Positions 1-27,800 of a stretch of 64,000 nt of DNA are shown one piece after another. The DNA comes from Dendrobates tinctorius (taxonomy: Eukaryota): the NCBI RefSeq assembly GCF_039654945.1, contig NW_027361797.1, forward strand, positions 44,888,001 through 44,952,000, written 5' to 3'. Both the position numbers and the translations under genes were made by a program. The notes below the pieces were generated by a model. That model worked only from the letters and a program-made list of their open reading frames with translations, was not told where the DNA came from and did not search any database. Numbering within the stretch: the first letter of the stretch is position 1; each line of letters begins with the position of its first letter.

Positions 1-691
1 TTAGACTAAAAAAAAAAAAAAAAAAAAAATATGGCTCTAGGAAAAAGTCGAGAAAAAAAAAAGCACAAAAATAAAAAAATGAAGGCACAAAGGGTTAAAT
101 GTTGAATGTATTTTTCAAAAAATATAATTTTTTTGAATAATATAATAATCAGAAATGTTGAAATTCTCATTTTGGCAAAAGGGACTTTATACTAGACTCA
201 TGTTTCCTATTCTATACAGATAACTTTTCAGCAGTATCATTATCATCACAGACATGATGATAATGACAGGTAACATCGCTATAAAAAGTAGATAGAGTAT
301 AACACTACTCACAATAGGTGATGTCACAGCTCACCTCCTCCCCCCTCAATTCATAATGACCTTTACCTAGATTAAAGCATGCTGAGACTTCTTAAAGAAA
401 TTAATGCTCACGTTCTTGTGATTATCTGATCCCCCCCCCCCCGGTTTAGGATTTCCGGTTCAGTCATAGACACAACACAAGTGCCTGCTCAGCAAAACAC
501 TGGGTCCGTGGTTTGAAAACTTCCAGTGTTTTTAATGGAGAGGAACTGAGGGTGGTCGAGTCTCCTTTGCCCGCCTGGCACTTCTCATGATGGGCTCGGG
601 CAATCGTTTTTACAGCTTTCTGCTCTTTCTAAACTCCCTAATACTACAGTGTGAGGTAAGGGATCCCATGATCTATTCATTTCATATTTAC

Positions 692-15139
<14,448 letters not shown>

Positions 15140-15550
15140 AGCCGGTGCCTCTGTAACATGAATGGTGAAAGCATCGTCCATCCACCGCCTGTTCAGGGCA
15201 CTGGACTCTACTGACCTGCGATAGTCTGGGGTAGATGGTTCAGGCTACAGCGCTTTTCTCGTTACAGTACAGATCTGTCACAGTGCCATCAAATGTCAGG
15301 AAATTGCTGATGGAGACTCCGGTGCACAGCCATGCACGACAAGGACTGCTACACAAAAACCTGATGGTGCCTTACTTGGACTATGTTCACACTAGTGTTA
15401 CCGACTTTCCGTGGTATTCTGGTATACTTCGGCTGAATGAATAGCATCATCAGCAGAATTATTCTTGTCATCAAAAATACTAAACTCCTGACGGATCCCA
15501 TTATAAGGCCTCGGAATTAATTGGTTTCTGTTAAAAAGCATCCGGGACGG

Positions 15551-17150
15551 AGGTATGTGGAGGGGCGGGGGGAGGTGTGTGGAGGGGCGGGGGGAGGTAG
15601 TGTGGAGGGGTGAGGGGAGGTGTGTGGAGGGGAGAAGGGAGGTGTGTGGAGGGAGCGAGGGGAGGTGTGTGGAGGGGAGAAGGGAGGTATGTGGAGGGGT
15701 GGGGGGAGGTAGTGTGGAGGGGTGAGGGGAGGTGTGTGGAGGGGAGAAGGGAGGTGTGTGGAGGGAGCGACGGGAGGTGTGTGGAGGGAGCGGGGGGAGG
15801 TGTGTGGGGGGAGGTGTGTGGAGGGGCGGGGGGAGGTAGTGTGGAGGGGTGAGGGGAGGTGTGTGGAGGGGAGAAGGGAGGTGTGTGGAGGGAGCGAGGG
15901 GAGGTGTGTGGAGGGGAGAAGGGAGGTATGTGGAGGGGTGGGGGGAGGTAGTGTGGAGGGGTGAGGGGAGGTGTGTGGAGGGGAGAAGGGAGGTGTGTGG
16001 AGGGAGCGACGGGAGGTGTGTGGAGGGAGCGGGGGGAGGTGTGTGGGGGGAGGTGTGTGGAGGGGCGGGGGGAGGTAGTGTGGAGGGGTGAGGGGAGGTG
16101 TGTGGAGGGGAGAAGGGAGGTGTGTGGAGGGAGCGAGGGGAGGTGTGTGGAGGGGAGAAGGGAGGTGTGTGGGGGGAGAAGGGAGGTATGTGGAGGGGCG
16201 GGGGGAGGTGTGTGGAGGGGTGGGGGGAGGTAATGTGGAGGAGTGAGGGGAGGTGTGTGTGGAGGGAGCTGGGGGAGATGTGCGGAGAGCCGGGGGAGGT
16301 GTGCGGAGTGAGCTAGGGGAAAGGTGTGTGAGGGAGCTGAGAGGAGGTGTGTGGAGGGAGTGGGGGTGGAAGGTGGGTGAAGGGTGTAGGGGTGTGTGTG
16401 GAGGGAGCGGGGGTGGGAGGTGGTTGGAGGGAGTAGGGGGAGGTGTGTGTGGAATGGGTGGGGGAGGTGTGCGGAGGGAGCTAGGGGAAAGGTGTGTGAG
16501 GGAGCTGAGGGGAGGTGTGTGGAGGGAGTGGGTGGAGGGAGTAGGGGGGTGTGTGGAGGGAGTGGGAGGTGGGTGGAGGGAGTAGGGGGAGGTGTGTGTG
16601 GAGGGGCGGGGGGGGAGGTGTGTGGAGGAGTGAGGGGAGGTGTGTGGGGGAGAAGGGAGGTATGTGGAGGGGCGGGGGGAGGTGTGTGGAGGGGTGGGGG
16701 GAGGTGTGTAGAGGGGAGAAGGGAGGTGTGTGTGGAGGGGAGAAGGGAGGTGTGTGTGGAGGGAGCTGGGGGAGATGTGCGGAGAGCCGGGGGAGGTGTG
16801 CGGAGGGAGCTAGGGGAAAGGTGTGTGAGGGAGCTGAGAGGAGGTGTGTGGAGGGAGTGGGGGTGGAAGGTGGGTGAAGGGTGTAGGGGTGTGTGTGGAG
16901 GGAGCGGGGGTGGGTGGAGGGAGTAGGGGGAGGTGTGTGTGAAGGGGCGGGGGGGAGGTGTGTGGAGGGGTGGGGGGAGGTAGTGTGGAGGAGTGAGGGG
17001 AGGTAGTGTGGAGGAGTGAGGGGAGGTGTGTGGGGGGAGAAGGGAGGTGTGTGGAGGGGTGGGGGGAGGTGTGTAGAGGGGAGAAGGGAGGTGTGTGTGG
17101 AGGGGAGAAGGGAGGTGTGTGTGGAGGGGAGAAGGGAGGTGTGTGCAGGG
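15551..17150 (+). repeat. G/A-rich low-complexity tandem repeat (GGAGGTGTGTGGAGGGG variants) with a 239-bp internal duplication
   Basis: Direct reading; identical ORF translations at 15610 and 15849 give the 239-bp period. Confidence 0.95.
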
Positions 17151-17266
17151 GCGCTGAGCTTCATTGATGATGGATTCCTAGAAGTGCAGGCTCACTTATA
17201 GCACTGCGGATATAAATCACGCCCACATGGCTTCCGCTCCATACAGTGCAGGCGTCGGCTGTGTTA

Positions 17267-17960
17267 GGTCGGTTTCACATTTGTGGTTGTGTCCGCAGCG
17301 TTTCCTCCGCATACATCCGCATGCGTACCTATCTCTAACATGGTGTACGCAGGGCAGGTATGGACTGGCGCTGGAATTCAGCCCTGGCATTTGAAATCAC
17401 ACAGGCCCATGCTGTCCCCGTCCCCCAGCACCAGATGGAATTTATTGCTAATATTACCCTAGATTGAGGAAAGGAAGATTTTCTACAAGATCACTATTTC
17501 TAATGCTATCATTGACCCGCTGGGATAGGTGATGAGTCAGCGACTTTGGGCTCTGTCACAACTCTTAACAGTATGGCTGTCTTGAGAACACTAATTCTGT
17601 TAACAACGTAGCAGACAAGGTGGCCCACGACCAGACAGGCCCTTCTGGCATTTGCCAGAATTGCCAGATGGCCAGTTCGGCCCTGACGCAGGGATATGCA
17701 TCATGTTGCATTTTTTGCGGCGTCAAATATCCGCGGTCATCCGCATGCAGATGACTACGGATGAAGTGCGTAAAAAAAAACGCATTACTGTCTATGAGAG
17801 CGCAAGGGTACGCTCCAATTTACATAAGACATCCCCATTGGGCGTGGTTTGTGTGCAGGAAATTCCAGTGGAGAAAGCATTGTCCTATTGAACTCGACTG
17901 CAAACGCATTAGCATTGCGGATGATATGCTGCGGACTCAACCGCAAATGTGAACCTAGCC
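17267..17960. mobile_element. PIF/Harbinger-type MITE containing a nested hAT MITE
   Basis: TTA TSD; termini GGTCGGTTTCACATTTG / CAAATGTGAACCTAGCC. Confidence 0.75.
17355..17685. mobile_element. hAT-type MITE (331 bp)
   Basis: 8-bp TSD ACGCAGGG (17347-17354 and 17686-17693); CAGG...CCTG termini. Confidence 0.8.
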
Positions 17961-18407
17961 TTATACAGCCGGCACCAGGATCCAACCACTGTGGTCAGAG
18001 CTGGCTGTGACTGCAGCAGTTTAACCTCTTACATGCCGCTGTCAATCGTGCCCTTACAGGTCGGTGGGGGGGGTGGTACTGAAGCCCCCTCATGTTAGCC
18101 ATGCTTTCCCTGTGGCACAGGACGTCAGCCATGTTACGGTACACTGCAGTATCACAGTAGTGCGCGGCACCGTACACCGTAAAAGTTCACATCTCCTGCA
18201 TTAGTGATGTTAAAAACGTAAAATCTAAAAAAAAATGAACATATTTGGTATCGCCGTACGTGTAACTGTCAGAACTAATTCCGATGGTGAAGTTTTTTTT
18301 AGAATGAGTGTTTTTTTAGAACTTTTTCCAGAATAAATCGAGTATGGACTTCCCCTTTAAATGCGCCACTTGCATCTCGTTCTCCTGACAACACCCCCCC
18401 CCGTTAC

Positions 18408-18824
18408 CTCAAGAATGGAGCGATCCTCCGGGTGCAGTACGAACCCGGCGACCTCCTACAGATGTTTGCAAACAGCGGCAGGTTAAGCGTCGAGTCTCCT
18501 AGGCAACGTGTGACCACGTGATGCTTTCCAACCAATAGCGTTCGGAGCCGCCATATTGTGATTGGCACGCTCTAGTTCTAGAAGGAGTTAGAGGAGCGAG
18601 AACCTGAATGTGATTCGGGTGCCAGGTTCGGTCACAAGACTCCTCGGTGACAGGTGGTAACTTTTAGGATCATGTGTTCTAGAATATTAGAATGTATTCT
18701 ACTTCCTGTTTAGGTAACGCCCACTTCCGGTAGTTGGGGGCGGGGGCCACTCTAGCCGTCTGCTGTAGGCGTCCTCTATGGTAGATGGCCGGAGCCGGGA
18801 TTGTAGTCGCTCCGTGTAGCGGGC
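18408..18824. promoter_or_regulatory. Putative bidirectional CpG-rich promoter shared by RSPH10B and EIF2AK1
   Basis: RFX X-box-like GTCTCCTAGGCAAC 18494-18507; CACGTG E-box near 18515; CCAAT near 18532 and ATTGG 18561; YY1-like GCCGCCATATTG 18547-18558; ETS ACTTCCGG near 18723; GC box near 18737; minus-strand donor GAG|GTAAC at 18408 for a probable non-coding RSPH10B exon 1 (acceptor at 15150). Confidence 0.65.
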
Positions 18825-21800
18825 ATGTGTAGCCCCATGTCTGACAGCCCCGGACCCCCGGTCAGCGGTCACGTGGTCACGAAGAAGGGAGGCGGGAACC
18901 CCGTGTTTGATTACCCGGATGATTCTGAGCTGGAGCTGGACGGTGAGTGACGTGTAGTGCGGTCCGGGGGGCGGCAGCTGCTGCTTCAGGGGGCTGTGGC
19001 CGACTGTCCGGACCACTCTGTGCTGTGTGTGAGGAGCTGCTGAGGACAATCAGCCATATGTTATGCTCCCATATAGAGGGGTGACGGGTCCCTGCACATC
19101 CAACATGGACCGAACATATGGAAACCAAGCCACATGCAGATTAGCTTGGAAGAGCATTGGGGGCGTGACCAGTAAAGGCTGATGCTCGGCCACGCCTCCG
19201 GTGCACTTACAGGCTCATTTGCATGTGGTTTCATCGTGTGATTTCTCAGCGCTTCGGGAATTGTCTTTCTTGTGGTACTAGGATGTGTCCAGCAGCTTCG
19301 CTAGTCAAACCCTCCTCACTGTAACACTGGGACTATCCCTTTAGAGGCACTGCATTGTAACTGGAACCAGTAGGGAATGTTATAGAAGAATAAAAGGGGC
19401 GCTCTTGTGAGTCGCCTGCCTGTACGCCGTGTGGTCAGATGGATGGCGCGTCCTCCGCAGGTCCTCCTCTCTGTGGGACCTGCTGCCGCTGTTCCTGGAT
19501 GCCGGGGGGGGCCGCTGTGTTTACGTGTGACCCTGTGTGTAGTGTAAGATAACGGGGCGGCTGCCGCTCGGTCCGGAGCGTTCCCCAGCTGATCTCCCGT
19601 CACACGGAGGGTAATAAACCTTCACGGGCGTCTCCCGTGCGGCCTCGCCCTCCCGTCGGCTTGCCACCAGCTGATAACCACTATCTGCGGGCAGAGCTCG
19701 CTGACTGTCTTGTCTTTGGCACGTAGAGAGGTTGGAAGGGAATACGAGGTCACTGAGTGTACGGCAGCGGGATCCTGCTGTATGTGGGCGATCGATTACC
19801 GATCCGGCTCCTCTGGGGTCAGCCGGGTCTCACAGCCGATGACCTCTGTCATCGCGCTGCATAAGACACTGGGGAAGACATAGCATTGGACCTGTGGAGG
19901 GTGAGTAAGGCGTAGCTTAAAATTTTTTTTTTGTTACAAACTGCAGGCAGGAGAGAGGGGTTTTGTGAAATTGGAAAACCCCTTTAATGCTTGTAAATGA
20001 CTTGTTTCTAGTCCTGGGTTCAAACTGGACCAAGGACGTCATCAACATGGAGTCTGTCCATTCTCCCCGAGATTGTGCCGGCTTCATTGGTTTCTTGTGA
20101 TATTGCCCCTGATGTGAGGGATCGGAGTTTAGATTGCTAGCTATTTACTGTTGTGTCGTGCAGAATCGGATTCACCGTCCGACCTCCAAATGGTCAAAGG
20201 CCGATGGCGACTCCCGAAAGTGACCACCGTCCCCAACCAGCTGCTGCTCGTGTCTTTGGTGGAACATCTGTGCTTCGTCCACGAGCAGAACCCGCACCGC
20301 TCCAAGCACCTGTTCAGATGTAAGTGTGAGCCGCCTGCCCCCTAGGTAAGGGCAGGCCCGGGATTAGTGGGGTCCGCTCAGACGGTCGTTCCATCGCCGC
20401 CGTTGTCCTCAGCAGCTGATCGGCCCCACGTGATCTGCAAGGTCGATGTACAAAAACGTCCTCTGTCTGGGAAAGAAATAGTCGGGAGGCCGAGCGATCA
20501 GAGGGGAAAGTCCGTCCTTGTAGTGACAGCTGCTGTGCTGGGGTAACAGAGTTTCCCAGATTTTACTACCGCACCCTCCACCATGTCTGCAGCGATTTCA
20601 TATCATTACATCATGGCCACGTGCGGGTCCTGGCACAGCACCCGGAAACCCGGCTCCTCAGAGGGCTCACACAGGTTTGGTTTGTTGTGGTTTTTAATTT
20701 TTTTTTTTTAACCTGATGTAAAAGCCAAGACTCTATTAAATGCATTTTTTATGTTGAAATTTCGGAAATAAATTGGTTAAAGAGGACTTCTCCACTTCCC
20801 TGACATGTCAGTCTCTAAAAACTTTCCGAATTTAAAATATGTTTTTGAAGAACACACTTTATTGTTGTCCCTCTGTTATTCCTCCTGGAAATATATAAAA
20901 AAATACATATTTGTAATATAGGTTTACACATTTATTTTTCCTTTTTTTTTTTTTTTTTTTTTTTTTTTCCCCATACATTACCTGGAAAAAAAATAGAGAT
21001 AGATAGATGGACCGATGACAGACGGACATTCAGTATTGATCGATGACAGATCAATAGATCTATAGATTAGAGAGAGATACTCAAAAGAGGGGGACACTCA
21101 AAAAAACAAAGTATTAGGCTATGTGCACACGTAGCGATTTTTAAGCGTTTTTGCCGCGATTTTCGGCGCGAAAACGCTTAAAAATCGTGTACAGAACGCT
21201 CCCCATGCATTCCTATGGCATTCCGCACATGCTGTGCTAATGCTGCGCTTTTTTCCGCGGCGGAATCGCATCGCGGAAAAAAATCGCAGCATGGTCATTC
21301 TTTTAAGGGTATGTGCACACGTTGCAGAAAATTTCTGCACAAAAACCTGAATCCCTTCCCAGAAACCTCACCTATTTTTCCGCGGCGGTTTTTGTGCGTT
21401 TTTTGCGCGGTTTTTGATGCGTTTTTTACCGCAGCGGTTTCTAAAAGCATGGGAGAAGCCTAAACCGCGGGGAAAAACGCAAAATTAATGTGCATGCTGC
21501 GGTTTTTACCGCAATGCGGTTTTTTCGCGGTAAAAAACGCATCAATGTGCACAGAAAGTGCAAAATGCATAGGAATGATTGGGAAGCTTATTTTTAGCGT
21601 TTTTATAGTGAAAACCGCGGTAAAAACCGCTAAAAAAACGCTGTGTGTGAACACAGCCTAAAAGTGCGGAATCGCAAAGAATTGCCGCGATTCCGCACCC
21701 ATAGGAATGCATGAGAATCGCTTACTTACCACATGTGGCTATGCCCACCATGCGGGAAGTTAAGCGTCTCATGTGCGGTTGGTACCCACGGTGTGGAGGA

Positions 21801-24800
21801 GAGGAGACTGTCCTCCAGGCCCTGGGTACCATACCCCTGTAAAAAAAGAATAAAAAATCGGTGTATATTTACCTTCCGGCGTCCCGCGCTGCATTCCCGG
21901 CCTAAGCGTTCCCAGTAATGCCTTGCGGCACGGACCAGTGATGACGTAGTCTCGCGTGACTCTAGCGGTCTCGCGAGATCGCTATAGCAACGCGAGACTA
22001 CGTCATCACAGGTCTCGCAAGGCATTACTGGGAACACTGAGGCCCGGGAATGCAGCGTGGGACGCCGGAAGGTAAATATACCCCGATTTTTTTTATTTTT
22101 TTTAGCATTTTAACATTCTATCTTTTACTATTGATGCCGCATAGGCGGCCTCAATAGTAAAAACCTGGTCACACTTGTCAAACACTATGTTTGATGAGTG
22201 TGACCAACCTGTCAATCACTTTCCAAGCGATGCTTCAAATCGCTTGGAAAGTGCTTGAATAACGCACGTGAAAATTGCGGCAAAATCGCGATCATAATCG
22301 CGGTAAAATCGGGAAAAAAACGCGCGATTTCTGGGAAGGAGTCCGGTTTTTAGTGAGCATTTTAAACCGCTACTTGGGCACATAGCCTTAAAGCGGCTAG
22401 TAATTTGTATCAATTCTTGCAATAGGTATAAACACAATGAAGTATGTAGGGCATAAAAGATAAATGTTGACAGTATCCTATATAATGACTACACAATGCA
22501 TATAATTAAACAGCCTTGATAGTAAAGCTGGGGTAATACAAGGCCACTGACAAAGCAGGGCGAAACGCGCGCTGGGATGCTTGATTCCAGGCAGCAGCCT
22601 GGTATGTTATTCTTTACCTACAGTGGCTTTTTTCCTTCTGATGTGTTACCATATAAGCTGCCTATATGGCTAGGTAGTACATGTTGTTGATCTGACCCCT
22701 TTTTAAGTGCTTTGTTCTCCCCTCTCAGTGCTCTGTCAGACGTTCACTAGGATGGGCCTCCTGACGCCGTTTGCCTTCAGTGACGAGTTTAGCACGGTGA
22801 GGCTGCAGCACAGCACGGCCATCACAGAGCTCCTGAAGGCTGCGAAACGCCATATGTACAGCGAGGTATGTGAATGCTGTATAGCGGTATTTTGGGGACG
22901 CTGCATGCTGGGACTTGTGCTGCACGTACATAATCCTGATTATTGGTTGTTTAATTCTTGTCTTATTGTCATTTTGTTCAGGAAATAAGCAGCGGGGACC
23001 TAAACGTCCATCTGAGCAGGTTAGCGCTAGGAATAAAGTGTGCCGATCTGTTGATACATGCCGGCTCGGGCTGTGAATTATACAATGCATTGTTTCCTCC
23101 TCAGAGCTAAGGACGTGCTCGCCGAGGCCCAGACATCCCGATACCTCAATGAATTTGAGGAAATTGCTCAGCTTGGGAAAGGAGGCTACGGGAAAGTGTA
23201 CAAGGTCTGCGAAACCGAACTGTAGGAAGCTTCTACATAACCTGCTCCATGGCCATGGAATGTTAGCTACAGTGACATAGCTGATCTATAGGGGTCTCCT
23301 CAGTAATTGGGGGCTCCTTTGTGGTCCTTAGTAGCGTGCAGACCTGGCATTGGGCAGTAATAGCGCTCTGTGGATTGTTGTTTTTCTTTAGGTCCGAAAC
23401 AAGTTGGACGGTCAGTTCTACGCCATTAAAAAAATCCTCATTAAGAAAGTGTCTCGGAGAGACTGCAAGAAGGTAAGACTGATCAGGTGTCATCTGTCGG
23501 AGCTGGCCATCTGTTCTGCTGCCGGGTTGGAGCAATGTTGTTGAGGCATAATACATTATGGCGAGGTTTCAGTCCAAGGACCTAAAGCGCTATACTAATT
23601 CATGTAGCAGAATCTTTCTGCTGGTTTTTGTCACGTAATCTGAGAGCAGCACGATGAAGAGGTTGAAACCCTGATTCCAGCAACGTGTCACTTGCTAGGC
23701 TATGATTTTCTGTTTCAAAACAATCAGTGTTTTATCAGCAGGAGATTATCACTAGAGGACTAGGTGCCTTGTGCTTCCTAGTCCAACCACGCCCCCTTCA
23801 CAGATTTCTGCCAATCAGTGATGTGGGCGGGGTTATACACCGCTCAGCATTTTTAGATCTGCAGCAGGGAAAACTGATTCCATCACAACTGCTGCACCCA
23901 GTAAACGAAGTGACACATCACTGGAATCAGAGTCCCTGTCCCTACGGAATGCTGCTGTCGGATTACATAGAAAACTTGCTGACAGATTTCCTTTAAGCTA
24001 GTGCTATTAACCCTGTGGTAGAGTTACTATGAAGAGGGATCGTGATGGATTTTGTATAGGGGCTAAATTTTACAGTGTAATCATCGGAATGGAATAAGAA
24101 ATAACATCGAGCTGTTCTTCGTAAAGGAAAAATAAAACCTGTCTTGTCCTTAAAGGAGTTTCTAATAGTAAGCCATTCCCCTATGGCCATACATCGGCTG
24201 TGGCAGAGAAGGGGGCTGGCTTGGCTGTTGGCAGGACATGCAGATAGCATACCGTATTCACTCGGTGGGAAACCTTGAGTTCAGTGCATTAGTTCTGTGC
24301 TTTCTTCCGCTTCCATCGTCTCTGCACTGTGCTCTGATCTTCTCATTACCAGGTACTCCGAGAAGTAAAGGTGCTGGCCGGATTACATCACCGGAATATT
24401 GTTGGTTACAATACAGCTTGGATGGAACATGTGCAGCCTCCAAATTCAACGTGTAAGTGACATTGTGTTTTTGCACATTTTCTTACAAAAATTAAAAGGG
24501 TTCTCTGGGATTCTAGTATTGGATGAGCTCTCCTTAGGCCTGCTTCACACCTCCGTTTTTTGACGTCAGTCAAAATCCGCCAATATTTGAAAAAAAATGG
24601 ATCCGCCAAAAAAGGGGCGGATCCGTTTTTTCTCCCATAGACTTACATTATTGGCGGATCCTGACTGACGGTCGTCCGTCCCACCCGTTTTTGATTTTTA
24701 GCGTCTCCCGGGCAGATGAGACGGACCCTGCAAGGTTGTTTTTTTTTTTTTTCTTTGACGGTCCGCTAATTTGAAGTGCGTATGCCCGGAAGCTTTACTT

Positions 24801-27800
24801 TACTCCAGGAAGCGCTCTCTCTCTCGTCTGCCCTATGTGCTACCATATGGTGCTTGATTTCAGTGCTATTCTCCCCCAGAAGTACGGCAGACGATGGCCG
24901 TGTTCACTTAAAGGGAATCTGTCACCCCATTTTAGCCCTATCAGCTGCGGCCACCGCCATCAGGGGCTTATCTACAGTATTCTATAATGCTGTAGAAAAG
25001 CCCCCGATGAAACCTGAAAGATAAGAAAAACACGTTAGATTATACTCATCAGGGAACGGGGTTGGGTGCGGTGAGTGTCGCTGTCCAGTCCGGAGCCTGC
25101 CATCTTCATGCGATGTCCTCCTCCTTGCTTCTCCCACGGCTCCTGCGCTCCTACTGCAGTGCGCAGGCGCCAGGAAAGGTCAGAGGTCCTGCACACTGCA
25201 GCGCTCTGCCCTCAACAGGGCAGATAAAGTACGCGTGCGCAGGAGCCGAGGGAGAAGCATGGAGGAGGACATCATCGTATGAAGATGGGAGACGCCGGAC
25301 GGGACAGCGACGGACCAGACTGAACGCCGGGGTGAGTATAATCTAACTTTTTTTTTTCTTATCTTTCAGGTTACATCGGGGGCTTATCTACAGCATTACA
25401 GAATGCATTACAGAATGCTGTAGATAAGCCCCTGATGGTGGTGGCCACAGCTGATAATGGAGTGACAGATTCCCTTTAACATAAATGTCTTACATTTTGC
25501 AATTCCATAAACCCTCTTTTTGTGCTGTGATTTCAGGTAGGCCAATCCCCTCATTACAAGCTATTAAAGGTTCCCCCGAACACAATTCTGAGGAGTAAGT
25601 ATGGCCCCCTCCTATTATATTAATGGCCCCATTGTCTAATCTTATATAAGCTGTCATTCTGATGCCTCCACCTTTTGTACCGTTGCGCAAAAATGGCGCT
25701 TTGAATGTATGCCCTCTGCCTCCATTCTCGTACTCTCCATCCGTCGGCCTCCCCTTTTACTGACGCCGCTCCGATCCCACTGCGCCATCTTGTGCCTGTA
25801 ACTTCTGATTCTCCGGAAATCATAAGTTACATCACAAGAGCTCGATGCAAGTCTGACAGCGAGAAGGAGGCTCTCATAGGCTTGTGTTGAAAAGTAACCT
25901 CCGACACGCGCCATGAAACACTGTAGGTCGCTTTTTGCCGGGGAGCGACTCTGGAAAAGGATGAAGGGAGGCGGAAAGTGAGTATGAGACTGGGCAGGGG
26001 AATTACGTTTAAAGCACCATTCCACAAATGCAATGATAATGAAAAATCACTGGCGTGGTGCTCTAATAGTCTACCAGGAGCTTGTTTTGGGTCCTGTCGC
26101 CCTTCCATTTCATATTTGTGCCCTGTAGCCCCGCTCTGCCTTAGATGCAGATTGTGTAATTCCTGCTCCGTACTCACAAGCTTGTTGGGGGGTGGCCAGA
26201 CCACACACACAATCTAGTAAATCCATGCTGGAAGAGCCCCTCCTTTGATTGCCGTGGATTATGTTCCGTAGATCATGACGTCGCCCATAATCGTGCTCCG
26301 CACAGCGTAGGACTGACCATATCGATCATAAAGAGGCGCTGGCTTTGAATGCAGTTGATAATATTATTGAACCTCCTTTGCTGGTGACAGATTGTATGAC
26401 ACTAAACCAATGACGTTCATCACTACAGGCGTCCTAGGGGAATACAGAGCGTGGAGAGCAGCGGCGGCTCCATTGTGTTTGCCGACTCAACAGATGGAAA
26501 CCAGTCGGTGAACATGTCCTCTGTGGACAAAGACCAGTATTACTCTAATGGCAAGATCCGGGACGTTGCTATGTCTGACATCCGACCATGTGGAAATAAA
26601 AACTCCAATGTCTGGTCCGGCTCTAGTATCGGCACTAAGCATGAAGCCTCACCGGATCTGTGCCCCAGAGACAGGTGTCCCTTCAACTCTGAGGATGACT
26701 TGGATGATGATAGTGATTCATCGTGTGATGACGAATGCCCGCAGAAGGAGCTCTGCCTGCACCGCCACTTTGAGGTAGTTACAATACTAACGTGCAATGA
26801 CTGGTTAGTCAGCGGGGCTCATTCTACATGTACTTGAGCTACATCCAAAACCTCATGGCCGCCTGGTCCTTCCTGACACTTAGAAAGAAAAGTTAGAAAA
26901 TAAAGCACCATAGTTGGTGCTATAGGGGGCTCCAGACTTTGATAAAGGGGCCTAAAGATTATACTGCTGTGTGCTGCTACCCTGACAGACAGACTGAAAC
27001 CAGAAGATGAACTGGAATATAAGTTTGTGTGCATGCAGCGTGTAAGCGCATGTTCATACTGGACACTAAACAGACAAAAGCCCAGATGAACACATAAGCG
27101 GATACCCTGCAGTAAATGGCAATACTGCATGAAAATATAGGGGTGCTTAATTAACATAATTTTGATTAAAAAAGTAAAAGCCATCCTACCACGTCACGGT
27201 GAACCTATTTGGGATGGCCCTAACCTCTAATATTAAAAACTTACCATTTGTCATGTGACGTAATGTGGATAAGGGCCGAGAAGGAATGAGTCCTGGATAA
27301 TGGACACCCAGGCATGGGGAACTACATGAATGTAATTTCAATCACAAAGACAAACGAGGCCACTCCTTTATTTGCAGAGAGTATTGCTGTTTCACATTAC
27401 TTGACAAATGGTAAGGTTTAAATACTAGAGGTTAAGGACTATCCCTAATAGGGTCACCTTGACATGGTGGAATGGCTTTTACATTTTTTTTATCAAAATT
27501 ATGCTAAGTACCCTATGTTATTTTCATGCATTGTTGCGATTCATTTACTGCAGGGTATTTCATATGACAGACTGAATGCGGTTGCTTGGACATCTAATAT
27601 GGTTCTTTGCATTGAACTGTTTAAGACCTTTAATAAATCTTGTGGGCCACCATCCTTATTGTAAAACCTAAATATCTTAAGGACCAGGTATTCTTTGTAA
27701 TAAAAACTTGTAAAAAGTGAATAATTTAAAGCAGATTAGTACATGGGACGTCTGAAACCTTCCTAAGGCAGGAGTACCTCTAGATTCCCCTTGTCCTTCA

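Noticed and set aside
15610-17201. Gly/Glu/Arg-rich and Pro/His-rich ORFs
   Set aside because: Artefacts of the low-complexity G/A repeat.
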